Made by a program: the position numbers and the translations under genes
Notes under the pieces: generated by a model
Told to the model about the DNA's origin: nothing
The model's input: the letters and a program-made list of their open reading frames with translations, nothing else
Database searches by the model: none
Part shown: one piece after another, positions 11,249-19,569 of the stretch
Layout: every line of letters begins with the position of its first letter
Position numbering within the stretch: position 1 is the stretch's first letter
Origin: an uncultured Actinomycetota bacterium
GTDB taxonomy: Bacteria; Actinomycetota; Actinomycetes; Mycobacteriales; SCTD01
Assembly (NCBI GenBank): GCA_963760125.1
Contig: CAVXBV010000012.1
Span: 9,355-73,354 of the forward strand
Reading direction: 5' to 3'
DNA length: 64,000 nucleotides

Positions 11249-11310
11249 GTGCTCGCCTGAGCACGACCGCTGCGGAGCGTACCGTCCGGGCCTACCTGGA
11301 CCACCTCGCG

Positions 11311-12186
11311 GTGGAGCGGGGCCTCGCGGTGAACACGCTCTCGTCGTACCGCCGGGACCTCGCGAGGTACGTCGACTTCCTGACCTCCCGCGAGATCAGC
11401 GCGCTGGACCAGGTGCGGGAGGCCGAGGTGAGCGACTTCCTGGCCGCGCTGCGCGCGGGCTGGGGGGAGCACCCGCCGCTGTCAGCCACCTCGGCCGGCC
11501 GGGCTGTGGTCGCCGCCCGCGGACTGCACCGCTTCGCGGTGCGCGAGGGCATCACGATGAACGACCCGGCGGCGCAGGTGCGGCCACCGACGCCGGCCCG
11601 CCGCTTGCCCAAGGCACTGTCGGTGGAGGAGGTCGCGTCGCTGCTCGCGGCCGCCGGCGCGGCCGACACGCCGCTGGCCCTGCGCGACGCCGCGCTGCTG
11701 GAGCTGCTGTACGGCACCGGCGCGCGCATCTCCGAAGCGGTGGGCCTGGCGGTCGACGACCTGGACCGGAGCCAGGGCCTGGTCCGGCTGGACGGCAAGG
11801 GCGGCAAGCAGCGGGTGGTGCCGGTGGGGTCCTACGCCACCCGCGCTGTCGAGGCCTACCTGGTTCGCGGCCGGCCGGCGCTGGCCGCGGCGGGGAGCGG
11901 GACGTCCGCGCTGCTGCTCAATGCACGCGGGGGACCGCTGTCGCGGCAGAGCGCCTGGGCCGTGCTCAAGGCCACGGCCAGGCGGGCCGGCATCGTCGCC
12001 GAGGTCTCGCCCCACACGCTGCGGCACTCGTTCGCCACGCACCTGCTCGACGGGGGCGCGGACGTCCGCGTGGTGCAGGAGCTGCTCGGGCACGCGTCGG
12101 TCACCACGACGCAGATCTACACGCTCGTCACCGTTGATCGGCTGCGTGAGGTCTACGCCGGAGCCCACCCGCGCGCGCTCGCGTAG
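11311..12186 (+). CDS. xerD: Tyrosine recombinase XerD
   Basis: [23 protein letters not shown]...[15 protein letters not shown]...[37 protein letters not shown]. The conserved N-terminal residues RAYLDHLA lie upstream of the first canonical start (see findings). Confidence 0.93.
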   Translation: MERGLAVNTLSSYRRDLARYVDFLTSREISALDQVREAEVSDFLAALRAGWGEHPPLSATSAGRAVVAARGLHRFAVREGITMNDPAAQVRPPTPARRLPKALSVEEVASLLAAAGAADTPLALRDAALLELLYGTGARISEAVGLAVDDLDRSQGLVRLDGKGGKQRVVPVGSYATRAVEAYLVRGRPALAAAGSGTSALLLNARGGPLSRQSAWAVLKATARRAGIVAEVSPHTLRHSFATHLLDGGADVRVVQELLGHASVTTTQIYTLVTVDRLREVYAGAHPRALA

Positions 12187-12193
12187 AGAACCG

Positions 12194-12224
12194 CTGTCCA
12201 CAGTCGGGGTGTGGGTTATCCACA
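12194..12224 (+). promoter_or_regulatory. Two direct DnaA-box-like 9-mers (cTGTCCACA and TTATCCACA)
   Basis: TGTCCACA 12195-12202 and TTATCCACA 12216-12224, in the xerD-parA intergenic region. The second is a perfect E. coli-type consensus box. Confidence 0.3.
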
Positions 12225-12369
12225 TCCCGTCGGCGTGTCGTCCCCAGATTCCGGCTGGGTGTTGTAGGAGGCGGCCGTGGACCCGTACAGTCCCGGCAGA
12301 TCGCCAAGGGCACACGGCGAGAAGTATCAACGGCGTTCAAGCAGCAGAGAGGTACGACGACTTGTGAGT

Positions 12370-13227
12370 ATGTCGACAAAGCCGATCCCCGTGGTGGGGG
12401 AGATGGGGCCGACCGGCCGACCGCTGCCTTACGTCCCGGACCCTCCGGTGCTGGAGCGACACGGACCCGCCCGCATCCTGGCGATGTGCAACCAGAAGGG
12501 CGGGGTCGGCAAGACGACGTCCACCATCAACCTGGGGGCTGCCCTTGCCGAGCAAGGCCGGCGCGTCCTGCTGGTCGACCTCGATCCGCAGGGTGCGCTG
12601 TCGGTCGGCCTCGGCGTCAACCCGCTGCAGCTGGACCGGACGGTCTACAACCTGCTGATGGACCGGGACGTCACGGTCGACGACGTCATGCTCAAGACCA
12701 ACATCGCCGGCATGGACCTGCTGCCGAGCAACATCGACCTGTCGGCGGCCGAGGTGCAGCTGGTGAACGAGGTGGCGCGGGAGCAGACCCTGCTGCGGGC
12801 GCTCACTCCGGTGCTCGAGGACTACGACATCGTCCTGATGGACTGCCAGCCCTCGCTGGGTCTGCTCACCGTCAACGCTCTCACCGCCGCCCACGGCGTG
12901 ATCATTCCGCTCGAGTGCGAGTTCTTCGCCCTCCGAGGGGTGGCTCTCCTCATCCAGACCATCGAGAAGATCAAGGAAAGGCTTAACCCTCAACTCGAGC
13001 TTGAGGGAATTCTCGCTACGATGTACGACGCACGCACCCTCCACGGGCGTGAGGTGCTGGCCCGGGTGGTCGAGGCCTTCGGGGACCGGGTGTTCCACAC
13101 GGTGATCAACCGCACCGTGCGCTTCCCCGAGACCACGGTCGCCGGCGAGCCCATCACGACGTACGCATCCTCCTCGGCGGGCGCCACGGCCTACCGCGAC
13201 CTCGCCAAGGAGGTGCTGGCCCGATGA
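12370..13227 (+). CDS. ParA/Soj-family partition ATPase
   Basis: Start ATG 12370 (or GTG 12364) within ORF 12277-13227. Deviant Walker A ILAMCNQKGGVGKTTSTINLGAALA, then LLVDLDPQGA and DIVLMDCQPSLG. Confidence 0.93.
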   Translation: MSTKPIPVVGEMGPTGRPLPYVPDPPVLERHGPARILAMCNQKGGVGKTTSTINLGAALAEQGRRVLLVDLDPQGALSVGLGVNPLQLDRTVYNLLMDRDVTVDDVMLKTNIAGMDLLPSNIDLSAAEVQLVNEVAREQTLLRALTPVLEDYDIVLMDCQPSLGLLTVNALTAAHGVIIPLECEFFALRGVALLIQTIEKIKERLNPQLELEGILATMYDARTLHGREVLARVVEAFGDRVFHTVINRTVRFPETTVAGEPITTYASSSAGATAYRDLAKEVLAR

Positions 13228-13805
13228 GTCGCCGGATCGCGCTGCCTGGCGCGGACGAGCTGTTCCGGTCCACCGGGGACGGACGGGACGCGGGGGAGGC
13301 CGAGCGGGCTCCCGACCGCCCGACCTCCGGTGCCGGAGGGACCGGCTCTGGCTCCGGCAGCTCCGGGCCTTCGGGCGCGCCGAGCACCCCAGACGCGCGC
13401 CCTGCCTCGTCGGGCAGCGAGCACGCGGGCCAGGGGGCACGCGAGGACGCGCAGTACGCCTGGGGGGAGCGCGACGCGGACAGCCCGGCGCAACAGGGTG
13501 AGGCGCAGGACGGGGAGGACCTGGCGCTGGCGTCCGCCTCGGTCCGGTCCGCCCCACGGCGCCGCGCTCGCGCCGTCGCCGATCGCCGGCCGAGCGGGCG
13601 TGAGCGCCACGACGAGAAGATCACCGTCTACGTCTCCGCGGACGAACTGATGGACCTCGAGCACGCGCGCCTGGCCCTGCGGGGCGATCACGGGTTGCCG
13701 GTGGACCGGGGCCGGGTGGTCCGCGAGGCCCTCGCCGTGGTCCTGGCCGACTTCGAGGCCAAGGGCGAGGCCAGCATCCTGGTGCGCCGCCTCCGAGGTC
13801 GCTGA
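13224..13805 (+). CDS. Hypothetical protein: disordered Gly/Ser/acidic N-half and C-terminal ribbon-helix-helix-like segment
   Basis: ATGA overlap with the parA stop. The C-terminus KITVYVSADELMDLEHARLALRGDHGLPVDRGRVVREALAVVLADF looks like a beta-strand followed by two helices, as in CopG/ParG-type folds. This is an inference. Confidence 0.55.
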   Translation: MSRRIALPGADELFRSTGDGRDAGEAERAPDRPTSGAGGTGSGSGSSGPSGAPSTPDARPASSGSEHAGQGAREDAQYAWGERDADSPAQQGEAQDGEDLALASASVRSAPRRRARAVADRRPSGRERHDEKITVYVSADELMDLEHARLALRGDHGLPVDRGRVVREALAVVLADFEAKGEASILVRRLRGR

Positions 13806-14489
13806 GTGCTGTACGCGCTCGAGCACCCGCTGTCCCTCCTCGTCCTGCTCACGAGCTTCGTCGTGGCCGTCGCCCTGCACGGGTTCGTGCAGGCGGTGGT
13901 GGCTGATCGCACCGGCGACGCGCTCCCGAGACAGCAGGGTAGGTTGACGGCTGACCCTCGACGTCACGTCGATCCTTTCGGTGCGGTAGCGGCTGCTGTG
14001 TCAGGCCTGGGGTGGTCGGCGCCGCTCGAGCCGCGGCGGAGATCTCGCGGCGCGCTGCTTGCCGTGAACCTGATCGCCCCGGCCGCCAACGTGCTGCTGG
14101 GAGTGGGTCTGCTGGTGGCCTGGCGTGGTGTCTACGGTCCGCTGCCGGGCGACGTCGGTGGCCTCGCGTTCTTCCTCCAGCACGGGCTTCCGGCCTCGCT
14201 GAGCAACCTGGGCTCGGTGGCCCTGCTGCTCGGGGGCGCCTCCCAGCTCTACTTCGGCGCCCTGAGCCTCGTGCCGTTGCCTCCCCTCGACGGGGGCCGG
14301 ATCATGCTCGGGCTCGCCCCGCGCTCGCTCGGTTGGCAGAAGGCCGAGCACTACCTGGTCGAACGGAACGTCGGCGTGGTGGCGCTCCTCCTGCTGTTGG
14401 TGGTGCCGCTCGGCGGGTCCGTTCCGCTGCTGCCGGCGCTCCTGGACATCGTCCTTGGACCCCTGGTCCAGGCCCTGCTCGGCTCCTGA
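13806..14489 (+). CDS. Site-2 protease (M50) family membrane protein with degenerate active site
   Basis: GTG directly after the preceding stop. GRLTADPRRHVDPFG and VPLPPLDGGRIM match M50B hallmarks. The HExxH position reads LHGFVQA. Confidence 0.65.
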   Translation: MLYALEHPLSLLVLLTSFVVAVALHGFVQAVVADRTGDALPRQQGRLTADPRRHVDPFGAVAAAVSGLGWSAPLEPRRRSRGALLAVNLIAPAANVLLGVGLLVAWRGVYGPLPGDVGGLAFFLQHGLPASLSNLGSVALLLGGASQLYFGALSLVPLPPLDGGRIMLGLAPRSLGWQKAEHYLVERNVGVVALLLLLVVPLGGSVPLLPALLDIVLGPLVQALLGS

Positions 14490-14607
14490 GGCCCGCCGCG
14501 GCGACGCCACAGGCGTCGATGTGTGACGATGTGCGCCGCGCGCCACCTGATGAGGTGGTCACGCGACGAGGGCAGGACCGCCGTGAGGAGGACCGGGTGA
14601 GGAGCGC

Positions 14608-15576
14608 ATGAGCGACGTCGTGTCCGGCCTCGCCTTGTCTCCGGCGCCGGCCCCCGGGGTGCCGGACCCGGCGGCGCCTGCTTTGGCCACTCCCGTGTCC
14701 GAGGGCGGGGCGCCCGGCGCGTTCACCGTGCATCTCGACGTGTTCGACGGGCCGTTCGACCTGCTGCTGGGCCTGATCAGCAAGCACCAGCTCGACGTCA
14801 CCGACGTCGCCCTGTCCAAGGTCACCGACGACTTCATCGCGCACATCCGTGCCGCGGGCGCGGCGTGGGACCTCGGGCAGGCCACCGAGTTCCTCGTCGT
14901 GGCGGCGACGCTGCTGGACCTCAAGGCCGCGCGGCTCCTGCCGGGCGCGGAGGTCGAGGACGAGGAGGACCTGGCGCTGCTCGAGGCCCGGGACCTGCTG
15001 TTCGCGCGGCTGCTGCAGTACCGCGCGTACAAGCACGCAGCGGCGCACCTCGGCGGCTTGCTGGCGGAGGAGTCGCGGCGCTTCCCCCGCCAGGTCGGCC
15101 TGGAGGCGCGGTACGCCGGGCTGCTTCCCGAGGTGCTGCTCGGCCTGAGCCCGAGGGAGTTCGCTGCGCTCGCCGCAAAGGCCCTCACTCCTCGTCCCGA
15201 GGAGCTGGTGGCGGTCGACCACGTCCACGGCGGAGCGGTGTCGGTGCGTGAGCAGACCGCGCTGCTGCACGAGCGACTGCGGCGCCTGGGCGGAGCGAGC
15301 TTCCGCGCGCTCACCGCCGACTGCGCCGGCACGCTGGAGGTGGTGGCGCGGTTCCTGGGACTGCTGGAGCTCTACCGGGAGGGCCTGGTCTCCTTCGAGC
15401 AGGCCGAGGCCCTCGCTGAGCTGCGCGTCCGCTGGACCGGACCTGCCGCAGGGGAGGACGGCGGCTCCGGCGACGCCGACGGAGGCGCGGCGGCTGCTGC
15501 CGGGGCCGAGTGGGACGATCCGACCGACACGTCGGCGCCCGATGCTCCGCCGGCTGGACAGAGAGCTGAGACATGA
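14608..15576 (+). CDS. scpA: Segregation and condensation protein A
   Basis: FTVHLDVFDGPFDLLLGLISKHQLDVTDVALSKVTDDFIAHI. GAGGAG lies upstream of ATG 14608. Confidence 0.92.
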   Translation: MSDVVSGLALSPAPAPGVPDPAAPALATPVSEGGAPGAFTVHLDVFDGPFDLLLGLISKHQLDVTDVALSKVTDDFIAHIRAAGAAWDLGQATEFLVVAATLLDLKAARLLPGAEVEDEEDLALLEARDLLFARLLQYRAYKHAAAHLGGLLAEESRRFPRQVGLEARYAGLLPEVLLGLSPREFAALAAKALTPRPEELVAVDHVHGGAVSVREQTALLHERLRRLGGASFRALTADCAGTLEVVARFLGLLELYREGLVSFEQAEALAELRVRWTGPAAGEDGGSGDADGGAAAAAGAEWDDPTDTSAPDAPPAGQRAET

Positions 15577-16256
15577 TCAACAACGAGCTCGTCAACGCAC
15601 CTCCGAGCACCGCTGAGGGCTCGGGTGAGGCGTCCCCTCGCGAGGTGGCGTCCCCCGCTGGGCTGCTCGGCGCGCCGCACCAGGCAGGCGCGATGCCGCA
15701 GGGTCCGGAGCAGCCGCCGCTGTCGGCCGCACTCGAGTCGCTGCTGCTCGTCACCGACGAACCGGTGCCCTCGGTGACCCTCGCTCAGGTGGTCGAGCGC
15801 CCAACGGAAGAGGTCGAGCAGGCCCTGCACGCACTGGCGCAGGCGTACGTCGACACCGGCCGAGGCTTCACCCTGCGGCAGGTCGCCGGCGGGTGGCGGC
15901 TCTACACGCGCGACGACTGTGCGGCGTACGTCGAGCGCTTCATCCTGGACGGCCAGCAGGCCAGGCTGACGCAGGCAGCGCTGGAGACCCTTGCGGTGAT
16001 CGCGTACCGGCAGCCCGTGACCCGGCAACGCGTCAGCGCGGTGCGAGGCGTCAACGTGGACGGGGTGGTGCGGACGCTCGTGGCCCGCGGCCTCATCGTC
16101 GAGGCAGGCACCGACGAGCACACCGGGGCGACCGCCTACCGCACGACGACCTACCTGTTGGAGCGGCTAGGTCTCCAGTCACTGGAGGACCTTCCTTCTC
16201 TTGCTCCCCTTCTACCTGAGATCGACGACCTCACGTCGGACTCATCCTCGAGTTGA
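15573..16256 (+). CDS. scpB: Segregation and condensation protein B
   Basis: ATGA overlap with scpA. LESLLLVTDEPVP...GFTLRQVAGGWRLYT...QAALETLAVIAYRQPVTRQRVSAVRGVNVDGVVRTLVARGLI. Confidence 0.92.
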   Translation: MINNELVNAPPSTAEGSGEASPREVASPAGLLGAPHQAGAMPQGPEQPPLSAALESLLLVTDEPVPSVTLAQVVERPTEEVEQALHALAQAYVDTGRGFTLRQVAGGWRLYTRDDCAAYVERFILDGQQARLTQAALETLAVIAYRQPVTRQRVSAVRGVNVDGVVRTLVARGLIVEAGTDEHTGATAYRTTTYLLERLGLQSLEDLPSLAPLLPEIDDLTSDSSSS

Positions 16257-16265
16257 GGTAACACC

Positions 16266-17033
16266 ATGAGCCAGCCCAAGAACGACTCCCAGCAACCGCC
16301 CCGACGCGATGACGGCATCCGCCTGCAGAAGGTGCTGGCTGCGGCCGGCGTCGGCTCACGTCGTGCCTGTGAGGTGATGATCGACGAGCGGCGCGTCAGC
16401 GTGGACGACCAGATCGTCACCGAGCAGGGGCTGCGCGTGGACCCGGAGAGCGCCGTCATCAAGGTCGACGGGATGCGCGTCACGACGTCGACCACGAAGA
16501 TCTACCTGGCCCTGAACAAGCCCAAGGGCATGGTCTCGGCGATGACCGACCCCGAGGGCCGTCCTACCGTGGGTGACCTGGTCATCGACCGTAAGGACCG
16601 GCTGTTCCACGTCGGTCGGCTGGACGCGGAAACGGAGGGCCTGCTGCTGCTCACGAACGACGGCGAGCTGGCCCACCGGCTCTCGCACCCGTCCTACAAG
16701 GTGCCCAAGACCTACCTGGCGGAGATCATCGGCCCGGTGCAACGCGACGTCGGCAAGCGGCTGCGCGCGGGCGTGCTGCTCGAGGACGGCCCCGTCGTCG
16801 TCGACAGCTTCCGCCTGATCGACAGCGCGGCCAACAAGGTGCTCGTGGAGGTCGTCCTGCACGAGGGCCGCAAGCACGTGGTGCGGCGGCTGCTCGCTGA
16901 CGTGGGACACCCGGTGCAGTCGCTGGTGCGCACGGCCATCGGCCCCGTGCACCTCGGACCGCATCGGCCCGGTCGGCTCCGGAACCTCACGCCCGGCGAA
17001 GTCGCGTCCCTGTACGCCCTGGTGGAGCTCTAG
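16266..17033 (+). CDS. rluB: Pseudouridine synthase (RluB/RsuA family)
   Basis: S4 domain IRLQKVLAAAGVGSRRACEVMI. Catalytic motif HVGRLDAETEGLLLLTNDGELAHRLSHPSY. Confidence 0.92.
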   Translation: MSQPKNDSQQPPRRDDGIRLQKVLAAAGVGSRRACEVMIDERRVSVDDQIVTEQGLRVDPESAVIKVDGMRVTTSTTKIYLALNKPKGMVSAMTDPEGRPTVGDLVIDRKDRLFHVGRLDAETEGLLLLTNDGELAHRLSHPSYKVPKTYLAEIIGPVQRDVGKRLRAGVLLEDGPVVVDSFRLIDSAANKVLVEVVLHEGRKHVVRRLLADVGHPVQSLVRTAIGPVHLGPHRPGRLRNLTPGEVASLYALVEL

Positions 17034-17128
17034 CCCCACCGGCGTGGTGCGCGGCGAGGGCCGCGCTCCGGTGGGTCTGCCGTTGTCCTCGCCGTGGAGG
17101 GCCCGCGTCCGTCGCGGCCCTGCGTCGC

Positions 17129-17175
17129 AAGCCCGCCCTTCGCGGAACCACCCTTCGCAGAACCACCCTTCGCAG
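17129..17175. repeat. 15-bp tandem repeat AACCACCCTTCGCAG, two perfect copies plus one degenerate copy
   Basis: Perfect units at 17146-17160 and 17161-17175. The degenerate unit is 17129-17145. Lies in a non-coding-looking gap. Confidence 0.8.
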
Positions 17176-17519
17176 GGCCGCACTCGGCCCAGCCAAGCAC
17201 TTGTGCAGGCCCGCGTCCTCCGCGAGGCCGGCTCCTCGTCCAGCCCGCGTTCCCGCGAGGCCGCGTCCCCCTGGGGCGGATGAGGGTGACGCGGCCCGAC
17301 GCGCGTCGCCCCTCCCTCGCCGACGGCCGACGTGGCAGTGCCGTCGCCCGCTGTTCGACGGTCCCGGCCGGCTCCCCTCCCGACGGCGTTGCCGGTCGCG
17401 ACCGCAGCCAGCGGCCCGGGTTTGGGGGCGGCCGGGGTCGCGCGTGGCGGGCCATCGCGGCGCGCCTTGTTCCTTCGCACGCCAGCGCGAGTGCGGGGGA
17501 TGAGAGCCGCCGAGCGGCT

Positions 17520-17850
17520 CAAGAGTGCTGGCAATCCATCGGCAACCGGATGAGCCGAGATAGCGCTAAGTGGTTACTACAATTAGTCGACAAGCCAGTT
17601 CCAATGGCACGGGCCAACCACATTGCTGGGGCGGCCGGTCCGCACTATGCACGGCAGTGCGCTGCTGTTTATCGCTTTAACCACTATCCGTGCTTGGTGT
17701 CTGTCATCGAGCGGCCAATGAAACGGTAAGTCGACTTCACGATGTGACCGGAAAGCGCGTTCTCGGCATCTCGGTGAAGTACCGAACCGGCACAGCGACA
17801 CGCCGCTATGCAACTTCACTCCTCTAGTGTCTCCTCGATAGGGTGACGAG
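17520..17850. other. About 330-bp low-GC island (about 55-60% GC) of unknown nature: ncRNA, foreign small ORF or gene remnant
   Basis: My per-60-nt GC counts are 53-60%, against roughly 70%+ elsewhere. Mutually antisense open frames of 59 aa (+) and 77-79 aa (-) use codons rare for this genome (TTA, ATA, AGA, AAA). It contains a 10-bp palindrome AAGTCGACTT (17727-17736). Confidence 0.4.
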
Positions 17851-17853
17851 GTC

Positions 17854-18234
17854 GTGAGGGAGGGCAGCCGGGTGGCGGTGCGTGCAGTGCGAGGTGCGAT
17901 CCAGGTGGACGCGGATGATCGCGACGAGATCCTGACCGCGACCACGGAGCTGCTCCTGGCGGTGCTGGAGCGCAACGGTCTCGAGCCGGAGGACCTCATC
18001 AGCGTCGTGTTCACCGCGACCCCGGACCTCCGCTCCGAGTTCCCCGCCTATGCCGCACGGCAGATGGGCATCACCGACGTCCCCCTGCTCTGCGCAGCGG
18101 AGATCGACGTCCCCGGTGCCATGCCGCGCGTGCTGCGGTTGTTGGCGCACGTGGAGACGGCCCGGCCGCGCGTCGAGATGCGCCACGTGTACCTGCGTGG
18201 GGCCGCTGGCCTTCGCACGGATCTGCCTCAGTAG
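17854..18234 (+). CDS. aroH: Chorismate mutase, AroH class
   Basis: VRAVRGAIQVDADDRDEILTATTELLLAVLERNGL..DLISVVFTATPDL...FPAYAARQMG..DVPLLCAAEIDVPGAMPRVLRLLAHV. Confidence 0.85.
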   Translation: MREGSRVAVRAVRGAIQVDADDRDEILTATTELLLAVLERNGLEPEDLISVVFTATPDLRSEFPAYAARQMGITDVPLLCAAEIDVPGAMPRVLRLLAHVETARPRVEMRHVYLRGAAGLRTDLPQ

Positions 18235-18236
18235 CG

Positions 18237-19416
18237 GTGTCCAGTGCCCTCATCCTCGGCTCCGGCCTCATCGGCACGAGTGTGGGGCTCGCCCTGTCCG
18301 CCGCCGGCTGGACGGTTTTTCTCGACGACGTGGATCCCGAGCACCTTCGCCTCGCCGTGGAGAGGGGAGCAGGGCGAGCGTGGGGGAGGGGCTCCGCAGT
18401 CGGCCGCACCGGTGGACGTCGTCGTCGCGGCCGGCCCCCCCGGGACGTTGGCCAGACAACTGGCGGATGCTCAGAGACTCGGACTCGGCCAGACGTACAC
18501 CCATGTAGGCAGTGTGCAGTCTCAGGTTCAGCGTGAGGTTGACAGCTTGGGCTGTGATTTGTCCTCTGTCGTCGGCTCACATCCCATGGCGGGCAGGGAG
18601 CTCTCCGGCCCCACGGGCGCCGTGCTCGACCTCTTCGTCGGGCGTTCGTGGGCACTGTGTCCCTCCCCCGACAGCAGCGCTGGCGCCCTCGAGGCGGTGA
18701 CCGCGCTGGCCCTCGCCTGTGGGGCGGTTCCGCTCGTCGTGGCACCAACCGATCACGACCGGTCCGTCGCATTGCTGAGCCACCTGCCGCAGGTCGTGGC
18801 CTCCGCGTTGGCGGGACAGCTGGTGCGGCCGGGAACGGGGGCTCAACGCACGGGGATCGTTGCTGGCCTGTCCGGCCCGGGCCTCGCGGACACGACCAGG
18901 CTCGCAGCTGGCTCACCCGATCTCTGGACCGAGATCCTGTGCGCCAACGCGCAAGAAGTGGCACCGGTGGTCCGTGCGCTCGCCGAGGACCTGCTCACGG
19001 TGGCGGCGGCGCTCGACGTCCTCGCCACCCCAAACCCTCTCACCACGGCGAGCGGGGCGTTGCCAGAGCCCGCGGAGCGCCGCGCGGCGCGTGCGGTCGT
19101 CACGACCGCTCTGCGTCGCGGCACGCAGGGCCGGGCCACGGTAGCGGTGAAGCGGGGCGTCCGAGAGGACGGCTTTGCCCGCGTCGGCGTCGAGGTCGAT
19201 GATCGTCCGGGTCGACTCGCCGCCCTCCTGGTGGATGCGGGGCGGGCAGGGACGAATGTGGAAGACGTCAGGGTGGATCACGTTCCGGGTCGGCCGACCG
19301 GCGTGATCGAGCTGCTCGTCGACCGAGGGGCCGAGGCCGCGTTGCGACAGGCGCTCCAGGCAGCCGGCTGGAGGCTCCTGTCTGGGCCACCCCCAGCCCC
19401 CTCAGAGAATGGCTAA
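18237..19416 (+). pseudogene. tyrA: Prephenate dehydrogenase, frameshifted in this sequence near 18385
   Basis: The Rossmann N-terminus ALILGSGLIGTSVGLALSAAGWTVFLDD is in the frame of ORF 18237-18536. The remainder (VDVVVAAGPPGT...HVGSVQS...VVGSHPMAGRE...SHLPQVVASALA, ACT-like C-terminus) is in ORF 18244-19416. The switch falls in the G-run TGGGGGAGGGG. Confidence 0.8.
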
Positions 19417-19569
19417 GTCGATAACTTGGCATATCGCAGCGCCAACTCCAACCCTGAGTGTCGACAGGACGACATTCGCGAGCCAGGGAGCGCGACGTGA
19501 CCTCCCCCGCTCGGTAGGCTCGCCGCGGTCGGGCGGGACCCGCAGCAGTACTGCCAGGCGCGAGGGAGG

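Noticed and set aside
12187-12369. Replication origin (oriC), suggested by the DnaA boxes next to parA.
   Set aside because: Only two boxes are present, with no dnaA/dnaN/rpmH/gidB neighbourhood and no AT-rich unwinding element. Gene-orientation and dif evidence point to the terminus instead.
17094-17729. 211-aa ORF filling the rluB-aroH gap.
   Set aside because: The first 150 residues are Pro/Arg-rich and cross the 15-bp tandem repeat (PPFAEPPFAEPPFAG). Only its last 59 codons fall in the low-GC island, which is discussed separately. No start context or family resemblance.
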